This document shows positions 9,517 to 19,247 of a DNA stretch of 20,704 bases, in pieces; the first letter of the stretch is position 1; each line of letters opens with the position of its first letter. The DNA lies in contig JAEOSI010000015.1 of assembly GCA_016840425.1 (NCBI GenBank), positions 1 to 20,704 on the forward strand. The letters are read 5' to 3'. Origin of the DNA: Candidatus Wukongarchaeum yapensis (GTDB taxonomy: Archaea; Asgardarchaeota; Wukongarchaeia; Wukongarchaeales; Wukongarchaeaceae). The notes beneath the pieces were generated by a model. That model made no database searches and had not been told where the DNA came from. It saw only the letters and a program-made list of their open reading frames with translations. The translations under genes and the position numbers were made by a program.

Positions 9517-9536
9517 TTCACTTCTAGGTATCACTA
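9340..9536 (+). ncRNA. Putative TnpB omega-RNA (scaffold overlapping the tnpB 3' end, plus flank-derived guide 9517-9536)
   Basis: Hairpins GTTCA-gtcgt-TGAAC and the right-end CTCCC/GGGAG stem. Location follows the known omega-RNA architecture; the 5' boundary is a guess. Confidence 0.6.
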
Positions 9537-9596
9537 ATTTGCCAAACGATTGTTCTTATCATATTTCTCATCGTTGGAAGATCTGGGGGTAAGTTA

Positions 9597-9890
9597 ATGT
9601 TTATGGTGAATAAAATAGAAAAAAATAAAGAAGAGCCTCCTATCGAAGAGGTACTTTCATCTAAAGGTAGGGTAAGGATACTTAGATTATTAGCAGAAGA
9701 AGGAGAGCTTAACATATCTGAAATCATAAACAGGACAAAACTTAATCACACAATAACTCTAAAACACTTAGAACAACTTGCTAAAGCAGGCATAGTACAA
9801 GAAAAAAAATTCGGAAGAATAAGGATTTATCGGTATTGTATTGAACAAACAAGGGCAAGAGCATTAAAAAATTTATTCCAGCTCTGGTAA
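9597..9890 (+). CDS. ArsR-like winged helix-turn-helix protein
   Basis: EVLSSKGRVRILRLLAEEGELNISEI..HLEQLAKAGIVQEKKFGRIRIY, a typical wHTH pattern. Confidence 0.85.
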   Translation: MFMVNKIEKNKEEPPIEEVLSSKGRVRILRLLAEEGELNISEIINRTKLNHTITLKHLEQLAKAGIVQEKKFGRIRIYRYCIEQTRARALKNLFQLW

Positions 9891-9965
9891 TCTGCCCATA
9901 ATCACGCAACCAACTTTTTCTGAAACTTTAGTTATTTTATTTTTTCACTTAAATGAATAATCTTT

Positions 9966-10760
9966 TTATAGACTAATTTTTATTTCTATTTTTTTTATTT
10001 TTGAGCCTTCTGGAACATTTTTTAACGTATGTATTAATGCAAAGTTAATCTCTCGAAAAACATCTTTAACAAATGGTTTTAAAGAGATTCTTTCATCATT
10101 AACTTTAACATTAATGTCTGGTTCTAATATACATTTCAATGAACTTTTCCCTGAAATATAACTTTCAACGTAGCTTTTACAGTCTTTAAATCCACATCTT
10201 CCACAATTTTTCCCTGGAAGTTCTGATAAAAGATGTTTTTTCAAAGTCTCTAAAATATAACTCTTTATTTCTCCTATTGGGATAAATTTATCCATTTTTT
10301 CCATTAGTTCTTCTTCTATTTCTCTATTAGTAGTTGTAACAGCAATAACATTCTTTATTTTTCTTAGTTCATCCAATTCTTTCTCTAGTGATTGTATTAG
10401 AAATATTTTTGGATATTTTAAATGTTTAAATCCTTCCAAAAAAACTATGATCACATCGTCTGAAACTTCTTTAATTCCTTCTAAAACCCTCGTATTTTCA
10501 TCGAATTTTTTTAATTTAATTATTTCTTTATGAGTAACTCCAATAACAGTCTTTGCTCCTGCAATTCTAAATCTTTTAGTGTCTTTTATCTCATTTCCTG
10601 AAATTATTCCTTCCTTTTCTAAATCATATCTTGAATGGATACTCTTAATCACTGCTACAGGAACACTCCTTTTAGAAAGCTCCTCAATTAGATCAACTAA
10701 AATTTTTGTCTTACCCCCTTTCCTGTAAAAACTATTAATTCCTATAATTAATGGTTCCAT
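9966..10760 (-). CDS. mobB: Molybdopterin-guanine dinucleotide biosynthesis protein MobB with C-terminal Fe-S-type Cys cluster
   Basis: P-loop-like KGGKT, VAVIK, DT.RF..AGA, EGFK, then LPGKNCGRCGFKDC..C. Adjacent to moeA. Confidence 0.85.
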   Translation of the reverse strand: MEPLIIGINSFYRKGGKTKILVDLIEELSKRSVPVAVIKSIHSRYDLEKEGIISGNEIKDTKRFRIAGAKTVIGVTHKEIIKLKKFDENTRVLEGIKEVSDDVIIVFLEGFKHLKYPKIFLIQSLEKELDELRKIKNVIAVTTTNREIEEELMEKMDKFIPIGEIKSYILETLKKHLLSELPGKNCGRCGFKDCKSYVESYISGKSSLKCILEPDINVKVNDERISLKPFVKDVFREINFALIHTLKNVPEGSKIKKIEIKISL

Positions 10761-10839
10761 TACCTCTCACCAAACTAGAATATATCCAAAAAACCAAAAA
10801 TCCCATAAACTATGGAAATTAAATTCCATTAAAATCATA

Positions 10840-12102
10840 CTAACAAATAGTTATTGGATTAAATGTATAAACTTCCACGACATTTCCTTCAGTTATACCT
10901 TCTAAATTCTCAGGGATTATTACATATCCATTAGCTGTCCTCATACTACTTATTATTCCAGCCCCTCCTGTACGAACTGGTATTGCGTAAGGTAAATTGC
11001 TTCTATTTTCTTCATATTCCAATTTAACCCGTACGAAGTCCCGTCTTCCGAGAACTGACGGGATATTTCTACTTATCTTTGCATAAATTTTTGGCCAAAG
11101 TCTTCTTTCTTTAACCCCCAGTATTTTTAATAAAGCAGGGATAACAAAAGCCTCAAAAGATATCATAGCTGAAACTGGAAACCCTGGAAGACCAAAAACT
11201 GGTTTATTATTAATCAGTCCAAAACATGTAGGTTTTCCTGGTTTTATATTAACCCCCCGAAACAAAAGTTCCCCCATTTCATTAATAACTTCAGGTACTG
11301 TATCTTTCTTTCCAACTGATGTGCCTCCACTAGTTATTATAACATCGGATGTTTTAATCGCCTTTATAATAGCGCTCATTATATCATCCTTTTCTTCACT
11401 TACTACCCCAAAAATAACAGGAATGCCTCCACACTCTTCAACTAAAAATGCTATCGCATAACTGTTTGAATCATATACCTTACCAAACTCTAAAATCATA
11501 TAAGGTGGTACTATTTCATTTCCAGTAGACAATATCGCAACCTTGGGGAGAGTCATTACTGGAACCTTATAGTAACCACAAGCCGCTAAGATCGCTATAT
11601 CTGTGGCCTTTATTCTCTTCCCTTTTAATACTACTAATTCGCCTTTTTTTACATCTTCTCCCCTAGTAGATACATTCTCTCCAGGAATAACTTGACGATA
11701 TATCTCAATAGTTTCTCCGATTCTTTTCGCATTTTCCACTCTTACTACAGCATTAGTCTCTCGTGGAATAGGCGCGCCAGTCATAACTTCAACTGCCAGT
11801 TTTTCCCCCATTTTGAAAATCTTTTTCCCTCCTTTTTTTGTTAGTCTAAAAGTGATTGGTGCCTGAGTTGAGGTTCCAAAGGTTTCCTCCCCGACTACTG
11901 CAAATCCATCCATTGCAGCTCTATCAAAAGTAGGAACATCCATCTTAGCTTCTAGATCTCTGCCTGCAATTCTGGCAAAACATTTTTCTAAAAAAATTTC
12001 TTCCACTCCCAAAATATCAACTTTTTCCAAAATTTCTTCCACTGCATCATTATAAGTTATAAGTGATTTAAAAACATGAAAATTCTCTTTCCGCGAATCC
12101 AT
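10840..12102 (-). CDS. moeA: Molybdopterin molybdenumtransferase MoeA
   Basis: VPTFDRAAMDGFAV, VMTGAPIP, STGNE, DSNSY, TSGGTSVG, KPGKP, GLPGFPVSA. Start set at ATG 12102 after GGAGGTG (track gives 12111). Confidence 0.96.
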   Translation of the reverse strand: MDSRKENFHVFKSLITYNDAVEEILEKVDILGVEEIFLEKCFARIAGRDLEAKMDVPTFDRAAMDGFAVVGEETFGTSTQAPITFRLTKKGGKKIFKMGEKLAVEVMTGAPIPRETNAVVRVENAKRIGETIEIYRQVIPGENVSTRGEDVKKGELVVLKGKRIKATDIAILAACGYYKVPVMTLPKVAILSTGNEIVPPYMILEFGKVYDSNSYAIAFLVEECGGIPVIFGVVSEEKDDIMSAIIKAIKTSDVIITSGGTSVGKKDTVPEVINEMGELLFRGVNIKPGKPTCFGLINNKPVFGLPGFPVSAMISFEAFVIPALLKILGVKERRLWPKIYAKISRNIPSVLGRRDFVRVKLEYEENRSNLPYAIPVRTGGAGIISSMRTANGYVIIPENLEGITEGNVVEVYTFNPITIC

Positions 12103-12107
12103 ATTTT

Positions 12108-12659
12108 TCACCTCCTTACAATCTTCACCACGTGGCCTATTTCGGGCAAAATCAACTTTTCTACGGCCAATTTAACAGCATTAGGTGAACCAGGGAGACA
12201 AAACACTATTTTCCTATCAATGACCCCCGAAAAAGCCCTAGAAAGAAAAGCCGCAGCTCCTATTTCCTTATAACTAAGATATCGAAAAAGTTCCCCAAAT
12301 CCCTCCAATATTTTACCTAACTTCGGCTTTATAGTTTCAACGGTTATATCCCTTTTTGAAATCCCAGTACCCCCACTAAAAACTATCAAATCAGCACTAC
12401 TTCTAAGAAAAGTCTCAAACTGCTCTTCTATCAACTTCCCGCTATCTGGAACTATCTCATATTTTTCCACAGAGTGTCCTGACTCGACAAAAAGCTTAGT
12501 AATCAAAGATCCCGACAAATCTGCATTTTCTAATCCCTTTACTTTCATTTCATACTTTGAATCACTGACAACTATAACCCACACTTTAACGTGTTTTGGC
12601 GCATCTTTTTTGTGTGCTTTTACCACCGATAAAGTTTCATTTTCTGCCACTTTGAACAT
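12108..12659 (-). CDS. moaB: MoaB/MogA molybdopterin adenylyltransferase family protein
   Basis: VSDS, D.SG, VPD, GGTGISKRDITVE, GFGELFR, LSRA, LPGSPNAV. Start set at ATG 12659 (track gives TTG 12668). Confidence 0.93.
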   Translation of the reverse strand: MFKVAENETLSVVKAHKKDAPKHVKVWVIVVSDSKYEMKVKGLENADLSGSLITKLFVESGHSVEKYEIVPDSGKLIEEQFETFLRSSADLIVFSGGTGISKRDITVETIKPKLGKILEGFGELFRYLSYKEIGAAAFLSRAFSGVIDRKIVFCLPGSPNAVKLAVEKLILPEIGHVVKIVRR

Positions 12660-12769
12660 ACCCCACAACTAATTAGGTTTTTAAGGAAGTTTAAAAATAA
12701 TACCAAAAACATTTCATTTTCTTTTACTTACTGATAAAATATAAATAAGTAGAATTTATGGTGTTTTAA

Positions 12770-13279
12770 ATGGTGGTAAAAAAACCATCTACTATCTCCC
12801 GAAAAGACGAGTTTCAAGGTGGTGAAAAAGTAAAAGCCGACATGGTTGATATAGGAAATAAACCACCAATTCTAAGAGTGGCGAAAGCCGAAGGAGTTAT
12901 TAAGCTTAAACCTGAAAGCATACGTTTAATAAAGGAAGGGAAAGTTAAAAAAGGGGATGCTTTTTCAAACGCCTCTCTTGCCGCTATAAATGCCGTAAAA
13001 AAAACTTCAGACTTAATTTTTTTAGCGCATCCAATACCGATCTTAAATGTTGATGTAGATTTTAAGATAGATGAAGAAGCATCACAAGTATTAGTGTCTG
13101 TTGAAGTGAAAAGCATAGCAAGAACCGGCGTAGAACTCGAAGCATTAAATGGTGTTATGATCGCATTGTTATCGATTTTTGACATGCTTAAATATGTTGA
13201 AAAAGACGAAAAAGGGCAATATCCTAATACTTCCATTGGTGAAATTAAAGTAATTAAAAAACAAAAAGAATTAATCTAA
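12770..13279 (+). CDS. moaC: Cyclic pyranopterin monophosphate synthase MoaC
   Basis: MVDIGNK, R.A.AEG, KKGD, KKTSDLIFLAHPI, TGVELEAL, DMLKYV. Confidence 0.95.
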   Translation: MVVKKPSTISRKDEFQGGEKVKADMVDIGNKPPILRVAKAEGVIKLKPESIRLIKEGKVKKGDAFSNASLAAINAVKKTSDLIFLAHPIPILNVDVDFKIDEEASQVLVSVEVKSIARTGVELEALNGVMIALLSIFDMLKYVEKDEKGQYPNTSIGEIKVIKKQKELI

Positions 13280-14242
13280 TTTTAATCCTAACGATGTTAC
13301 CTTTGCTATAAACGCTAAGAGCTGGATTTCATCATTAGCTCCTTCAGTTAACCTAAAATCTACTTCTCCGCAAATTTCTGCGATCTTTACCTTACTTATA
13401 TCGTCAATTTCTTCTAATTCAAGTAATTCCTTGTGAATCTGTCTAATTAAATCGATTCCTGAAATTCCATATTCGTTTAATAGCGTCCTTAATCTTTTCC
13501 TTGCATCCAAGAAATTACCCTTTGAGGCTGTTAATATTAAGTCTTTGACTTCCTCTGGACTAGCAAGCCCGATAACCCTCAAAACGGACTCTTCACTGAC
13601 GGTTTCTCCTGCTGTTGCTGCTGCTTGCATTATGTTTATTGTTCGTCTTAAATCTCCCTCCACAAAATGTAAAATAACTTTTAACCCTTTAGGTTCCAAT
13701 TTTATACTCTCTTTTTTAGAAATCATTTTTAAATAACTTTCAATATCCTCATCCGAAAGAGGCATAAAACGAAAAATTGCGCATCTAGACTGAATTGGTT
13801 CTATAATTTTGGAAGAATAATTACCAATAAGTATAAACCTGCAAGTACGGGTATATTTCTCCATAGTCCTTCTAAGGGCTTGTTGTGCGTCAGAAGTTAA
13901 ATTATCCGCCTCATCTAAGATCAGAATTTTAAAAGGAACATTTCCCATTGATTTAGTTCGCGCAAACTCCTTTACTTGATTCCTAATAACGTCAATCCCT
14001 CGCGTATCACTTGCATTAAGCTCCAGTAAATTTTGATCCATATACTCTCCAAAAAGTTCATTTGCTAAACATAAAGCAGCCGTAGTTTTACCAGTTCCTG
14101 GTTTTCCACAAAATAGCAAATGCGGCATTTGCCTAGTTTCAACAAAAGAACTTAAGTGTGCTTTAATCTCGTCATGATTCACAACATCTTTTATAAAACG
14201 TGGGCGATATTTTTCTGTCCACACAAAAAAATTTTCATCCAT
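13271..14242 (-). CDS. rfcS: Replication factor C small subunit
   Basis: WTEKYRP, PHLLFCGKPGTGKTT, LELNASDTRGID, ILDEAD, QQALRRTME, IQSRC. No intein. Confidence 0.98.
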   Translation of the reverse strand: MDENFFVWTEKYRPRFIKDVVNHDEIKAHLSSFVETRQMPHLLFCGKPGTGKTTAALCLANELFGEYMDQNLLELNASDTRGIDVIRNQVKEFARTKSMGNVPFKILILDEADNLTSDAQQALRRTMEKYTRTCRFILIGNYSSKIIEPIQSRCAIFRFMPLSDEDIESYLKMISKKESIKLEPKGLKVILHFVEGDLRRTINIMQAAATAGETVSEESVLRVIGLASPEEVKDLILTASKGNFLDARKRLRTLLNEYGISGIDLIRQIHKELLELEEIDDISKVKIAEICGEVDFRLTEGANDEIQLLAFIAKVTSLGLKLD

Positions 14243-14476
14243 TCTTATTCAGCTCTATCTACCCATTTGTCTCAAGTGAAAGTTTCTAAACATCAAAACT
14301 GCATATTTTTTTCGCACATCTTACTATAATTTAATAATAATTTTTCTAAAGAAAACCACTTATTCAATCACCTAACCATTTTCCATTAAATTATCCGAGA
14401 TAATGTTGTATATATATTGAGCAAAAATTGTTGAAAAGTTATCTACTTGTTCCTTATCTAAAATATGGATAAATGC

Positions 14477-15958
14477 TTAACCTTTTACTATGCCAATAGG
14501 TCGCATTTTTGCTACATACTTTCCAATACCAAGTTCATGAGAGACTTTTGCTACATTGTCCACATCTTTGTATGCTCCGCCCGCTTCTTCTGCTAATACT
14601 TTCATCTTTGCTGCTTTTACTATAATCCCTACTTTTTCCATCTTCTCTTTTACAGTCTCTCCCCAGTACCTTTTTATTGAAGCTTTACGGCTTAACAATC
14701 TTCCTGCTCCATGAGCAGTACTTCCAAAAGATATCTCCATGCCTTTTTCACTACCTACAAGTAAATAACTTGCAGTTTCCATAGTGCCTGGAATAAGGAC
14801 CGGTTGCCCCACATTACGGTAATCTGAAGGCACATCTGGATGCCCCGGAGGAAACGCCCTAGTTGCACCTTTTCGATGAAGCACTACCTTTCTTTTAACA
14901 CCATCAATCATGTGTTCTTCAATCTTCGCAATATTATGACACACATCATATATTTGCCTTAAACCTAAATCTTCTGCAGATTGCTTAAATGCCTCTTCAA
15001 AAGATTCTCTTACCCCATGTAAAATCATCTGTCTGTTTGTCCATGCAAAATTCGCCGCACAAGCCATAGCATTTAAATAATCCTGTCCTTCTCTAGTATT
15101 AAAAGGCACACAAGCAAGCTCCCTATCTGGCACTTTTATACCGTATTTTTCCATGGCACGCTCCATGGTTTTTAAATAATCTGAAGCAATTTGATGTCCA
15201 AACCCTCTTGAACCTGTATGGATCATGACGGTGATTTGCCCCTCTTCTTCTATACCAAAGACTTTAGCAGTTCGTTCATCAAAGATTTTATCAACTACTT
15301 GCACTTCTAAAAAATGATTACCACTACCCAAAGATCCAAGTTGCGGAATCCCCCTTTTTATTGCCATGGGAGAAACTTTAGAAGGATCCGCGTTTTTCAT
15401 CGCTCCATTTTCTTCACAATGCTCAATATCCGTTTCCCATCCATAACCGTTTTCTAAAGCCCATTTTAGCCCTCCTATCATAACTTCTCTCAACTGAGAT
15501 TCTGTTACTCTAATCTGCCCCCTACTTCCAAGCCCCGAAGGTACGTTTTTAAAAAGCAAATTTACAATCTCTTTCATATTTGGTTTAACGTCTTCTATTC
15601 TCAAATTTGAGCGAATCATTCTTACGCCACAATTTATATCAAATCCTACCCCCCCTGGGGAAATGACACCTTTCTCCGCATCAATTGCGGCTACACCTCC
15701 GATGGGGAAACCATAACCTTCATGGGCGTCAGGCATAGCTATTGCTTTGGATAAAATTCCTTTAAGAGACGCTACATTTGCTAGCTGATCAAGAGTTCTA
15801 TCTTTAGTAATACTTTGCATCAAATTTTCATCCGCATAAATAATTCCATCAACTAACATGGAGTTTTTATAGGATTTTGACAATTTCCAAGTAAACTTAT
15901 CAATTTTTTCCAATGGGTATTTTAGCGTTTTTTTCATCTCTTTTTTCATTTTTTCCAC
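14477..15958 (-). CDS. rtcB: tRNA-splicing ligase RtcB
   Basis: MPDAHEGYGFPIGGV, VGFDINCGVR, LGSLGSGNHFLE, HTGSRGFGH, HRKGATRA, STAHGAGR, EEAGGAYKDV. Confidence 0.98.
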   Translation of the reverse strand: MEKMKKEMKKTLKYPLEKIDKFTWKLSKSYKNSMLVDGIIYADENLMQSITKDRTLDQLANVASLKGILSKAIAMPDAHEGYGFPIGGVAAIDAEKGVISPGGVGFDINCGVRMIRSNLRIEDVKPNMKEIVNLLFKNVPSGLGSRGQIRVTESQLREVMIGGLKWALENGYGWETDIEHCEENGAMKNADPSKVSPMAIKRGIPQLGSLGSGNHFLEVQVVDKIFDERTAKVFGIEEEGQITVMIHTGSRGFGHQIASDYLKTMERAMEKYGIKVPDRELACVPFNTREGQDYLNAMACAANFAWTNRQMILHGVRESFEEAFKQSAEDLGLRQIYDVCHNIAKIEEHMIDGVKRKVVLHRKGATRAFPPGHPDVPSDYRNVGQPVLIPGTMETASYLLVGSEKGMEISFGSTAHGAGRLLSRKASIKRYWGETVKEKMEKVGIIVKAAKMKVLAEEAGGAYKDVDNVAKVSHELGIGKYVAKMRPIGIVKG

Positions 15959-16088
15959 CTTAGTTTTAGAAAATTATTATTTGATTTAGAATTTAAAAAT
16001 CAAAATAACAGTGGTTTTTAGCTTTATAATAAAAACCACCTGTAAAATTATATAAATAGATTTAAACCTTATCTATTTATTAAAATAT

Positions 16089-16514
16089 TTAAATATCTAA
16101 AATGAATTCTACTATCGTTCTTTTATCTGTAACTTCTATTTTTATCATACCATATGTCATAGCTTTAATCTCTGTTCCTATTTCGTGCCTTGAAGGATCA
16201 AATTCTTCTCCTTTCGCTTTAGCTTTAAGATTCCATTCATTATTATATTTTTCTATCTTAACTTCAAAATCCGAAAAAACAATTTGTTCAACATCAAAGA
16301 TAATAATTATCTCTTCTATCCACCTGTATAATAGTCCTTCAAGATCTTCTGCTTTTACGTAAAATTCCCTCTCAATTTTTGGAACTATTTGATCGACATT
16401 TGTCATAACATTGGTGGTAGCACGTGCAGCTTCTGCAAAAGCTTCCTTCAAACTATTACCATATGCTCTAATATATACATCCGCCGTATGCTCAAGATAT
16501 TCAAACCCTCTCAA
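16089..16514 (-). CDS. Archease (RtcB cofactor)
   Basis: FEYLEHTAD, EIKAMTY, FILDI. TTG start after GGTGAGG. Directly upstream of rtcB. Confidence 0.96.
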   Translation of the reverse strand: MRGFEYLEHTADVYIRAYGNSLKEAFAEAARATTNVMTNVDQIVPKIEREFYVKAEDLEGLLYRWIEEIIIIFDVEQIVFSDFEVKIEKYNNEWNLKAKAKGEEFDPSRHEIGTEIKAMTYGMIKIEVTDKRTIVEFILDI

Positions 16515-16731
16515 TATGCCTCACCGTGTGAATATGAATCGGAAGATTTTAATATAAATTAATAAAAATTAACTTTTTAAAAAGTAGATAATTTATGTAA
16601 AAACTTTTACGCGATAACTTAATAAAGGATTAATAAAACCATATTATCCCCCTTTCAACTGAAATAAGAATAACGAAAAGCTAAAAAAGAAAGAATGAAA
16701 AATTAAAGTGAATAAAAGGAGGCCCAATAAA

Positions 16732-18045
16732 ATGAGTAAAGAAAAACCCCATCTTAACTTGGTTATCACAGGCCATGTAGACCATGGTAAAAGTACGCTG
16801 ATGGGTCACGTATTATATCTGGCAGGCGTTATTGATGATCGTACTATCCGTTCTTTAGAGTCTGAAGCTGAAAAATTAAAAGATCCTTCATTTAAATTTG
16901 CTTTTGTGCTCGATCGCTTAAAAGAAGAACGGGAGCGAGGTCTCACCATTGATTTAGCCTTTTATAAATTTGATACTAAAAAATATTATTTCACAATTAT
17001 AGACTGTCCTGGTCATAGAGATTTTGTTAAAAACATGATTACTGGAACTTCTCAGGCTGATGCTGCGATTTTAACAGTTTCTGCCAAAAAAGGCGAATTT
17101 GAGGCAGGTATCGGTAAAGGAGGACAAACTGTCGAGCATGCAGTTTTAGGGGCAACTCTGGGCGTTAGCCAATTTTTAGTAGCCGTCAACAAAATGGACG
17201 ACATGACAGTAAACTGGTCAAAAGATAGATACGAAGAAGTTAAGAGTAATGTAGATCGTATCTTCAAATTAATTGAGCGCGAATTACAAACAAAATTAAT
17301 AGTTACTTATGTGCCCGTTTCTGCATGGACTGGTGATAATTTAATGGAGCGTAGCTCCAACATGCCCTGGTATGATGGACCAGTCTTTTTTGAAGCTCTA
17401 GATGTCTTTGTAGTGCCTGAAAAGCCTATAGATAAACCTTTAAGAATCCCAGTTCAAGACGTTTATTCAATCACTGGTGTAGGTACAGTTCCAGTAGGGC
17501 GTGTTGAAACAGGAGTACTAAAGGAAGGGGATGTTGTTGTTTTTATGCCTTCAAATAAACAAGGCGAAATTAAAACCCTTGAAATGCATCATACAAGAAT
17601 ACTTAAAGCCGAGCCTGGTGATAACATTGGATTTAATGTGAAAGGACTAGGTAAAAAAGATCTGCGGCGCGGTGATGTCGCTGGTCCCCTGGATAGTCCT
17701 CCCACTGTTGTTAAAGAGTTTACAGGCCGAATATTTGTAATCTATCACCCTACCGCTATTGCTGCAGGATATACCCCAGTAGTACACGCACATACCGCCC
17801 AAGTAGCATGCACAATAAGCGAATTACAAAGCAAAATTGATCGCCGTACTGGCCAGACAATAGAAGCTAATCCATCTCACCTCAAAAGCGGAGACGGTGC
17901 GATGATAAAACTAATTCCTACTCGAGCAATGGTCATCGAAAAATTCTCCGATTTTCCACCTTTAGGGCGGTTTGCAGTACGTGATATGGGCATGACGATT
18001 GCTGTAGGAATCGTAGAAGATGTTGCTCCAAAAAAAATGTCTTAA
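16732..18045 (+). CDS. tuf: Elongation factor 1-alpha
   Basis: GHVDHGKST, ERERGLTID, IDCPGHRDFVKNMITGTSQAD, NKMD, PVGRVETG, LGRFAVRDMG. Start set at ATG 16732 after AGGAGG. Confidence 0.99.
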   Translation: MSKEKPHLNLVITGHVDHGKSTLMGHVLYLAGVIDDRTIRSLESEAEKLKDPSFKFAFVLDRLKEERERGLTIDLAFYKFDTKKYYFTIIDCPGHRDFVKNMITGTSQADAAILTVSAKKGEFEAGIGKGGQTVEHAVLGATLGVSQFLVAVNKMDDMTVNWSKDRYEEVKSNVDRIFKLIERELQTKLIVTYVPVSAWTGDNLMERSSNMPWYDGPVFFEALDVFVVPEKPIDKPLRIPVQDVYSITGVGTVPVGRVETGVLKEGDVVVFMPSNKQGEIKTLEMHHTRILKAEPGDNIGFNVKGLGKKDLRRGDVAGPLDSPPTVVKEFTGRIFVIYHPTAIAAGYTPVVHAHTAQVACTISELQSKIDRRTGQTIEANPSHLKSGDGAMIKLIPTRAMVIEKFSDFPPLGRFAVRDMGMTIAVGIVEDVAPKKMS

Positions 18046-18168
18046 CATCTTTTTCTATCTTTATTTAAATAAAAAACATATCTATTTCTCAAATATCAAA
18101 CAAAAACCTCAAAAAAATTGATTACAACCCAAACAACTAATTATTTTTTAGAATGCTGGTGTAGATTC

Positions 18169-18477
18169 ATGGTTCAAAAAGCTAGGATACGATTATCTGG
18201 CAGAGATCCTTCACGCCTTGACTTTGTCTGCACACAAGTAAAAACTATAGCTAAACGCACAGGAGTCCGTATGTGGGGGCCTGTGCACCTACCTACAAGA
18301 AAATTAAAAGTACCTGTGAGAAAAAGCCCTTGTGGTGAAGGCACTCATAGCTGGGAACGTTGGCAACTAAGAATCCATAAACGGTTAATAGATCTAGACG
18401 CAGATGAACGTACCCTCAGACAAATCATGAGGATACAAGTCCCTGAAGATGTATACATTGAAATCGAGTTAATTTAA
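18169..18477 (+). CDS. rpsJ: 30S ribosomal protein uS10
   Basis: [36 protein letters not shown]. Follows tuf. Start set at ATG 18169. Confidence 0.98.
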   Translation: MVQKARIRLSGRDPSRLDFVCTQVKTIAKRTGVRMWGPVHLPTRKLKVPVRKSPCGEGTHSWERWQLRIHKRLIDLDADERTLRQIMRIQVPEDVYIEIELI

Positions 18478-18737
18478 TTCCCAATTTAGTATCTGCCCTA
18501 CTTTAAGACTCTAGAAAATAAACATTTTTAATTTCTAATTGCCCAAAGAAAACTGATTGTTTACCTTTCATTGTTTTCACATCTAAAAGCAAAGCTAACT
18601 TTTTTAGTTTTCCATCAAGATTTACATCCTTCCTTGACGACTTTGGGGTGAGACGCGGTTCTTAGCAGCTCAAATTCAGGGCGGAAGGGTTGATTTGATT
18701 TGAATTCAGTTCTCTTCCTTTTTTGAGGAGTATCCCC

Positions 18738-19247
18738 ATGCTGTTAGAGAGTCTGAACTCTGTCTCCTTGGCTCGAGTCTCTTACTTGAAGCGCTCGTAC
18801 TCCACAACCTTTTTCAAAGATGTTTTTCTACGTTCTGGAAATGATATAGCTGGGATTTTGTTGTCTACAATCTATGAATTGCTCGAATCCCGAGCCAAAG
18901 AAGCCGAAAAATACGTGCAACGAAGTAAAGGGGCTAAATTAATCTTAAAGATAGCTGGGGCTGTTCGTCTCAATATTGAGACGGCCGATCCCCCGGATCA
19001 AGCTGCTGCTACTATCACGGGAAAAGAGGTCATTGTCTCTCACGAATTGCTAGAAAAACCCCATGCTACAATAAATGGTAAATCCAACGTAATCAAGGAC
19101 TTGATCGCCTCTACTAGGGAAGAAGATATTTCTAAAAGTGCTAAAAACTTTGAAGCTGCTGAAAAGCGTGGAGATGCCAGTATCCAATCACATGGGATCA
19201 AAGGAAAGCTTATCGTTTCAAGAGTGCGAAAAATGCTTCTAGACTAA
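18738..19247 (+). CDS. Hypothetical protein, probable SCP2 (sterol carrier protein 2)-like lipid-binding fold
   Basis: ATG after SD GAGGAG. C-terminal pattern VRLNIE..ATITGKEVIV..PHATINGKSNVIKDLI..AEKRGDASIQ..KLIVSRV resembles SCP2 spacing. Judged by eye only. Confidence 0.5.
   Translation: MLLESLNSVSLARVSYLKRSYSTTFFKDVFLRSGNDIAGILLSTIYELLESRAKEAEKYVQRSKGAKLILKIAGAVRLNIETADPPDQAAATITGKEVIVSHELLEKPHATINGKSNVIKDLIASTREEDISKSAKNFEAAEKRGDASIQSHGIKGKLIVSRVRKMLLD

Noticed and set aside
13271-15958. Inteins in rfcS or rtcB (common intein hosts)
   Set aside because: Both have normal length and continuous motifs. cdc6 is also intein-free.
9524-17267. ORF-track entries 9524-9727, 12076-12273, 12814-13236, 13545-13736, 16102-16362 and 17052-17267
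   Set aside because: Antisense shadows of well-supported genes.
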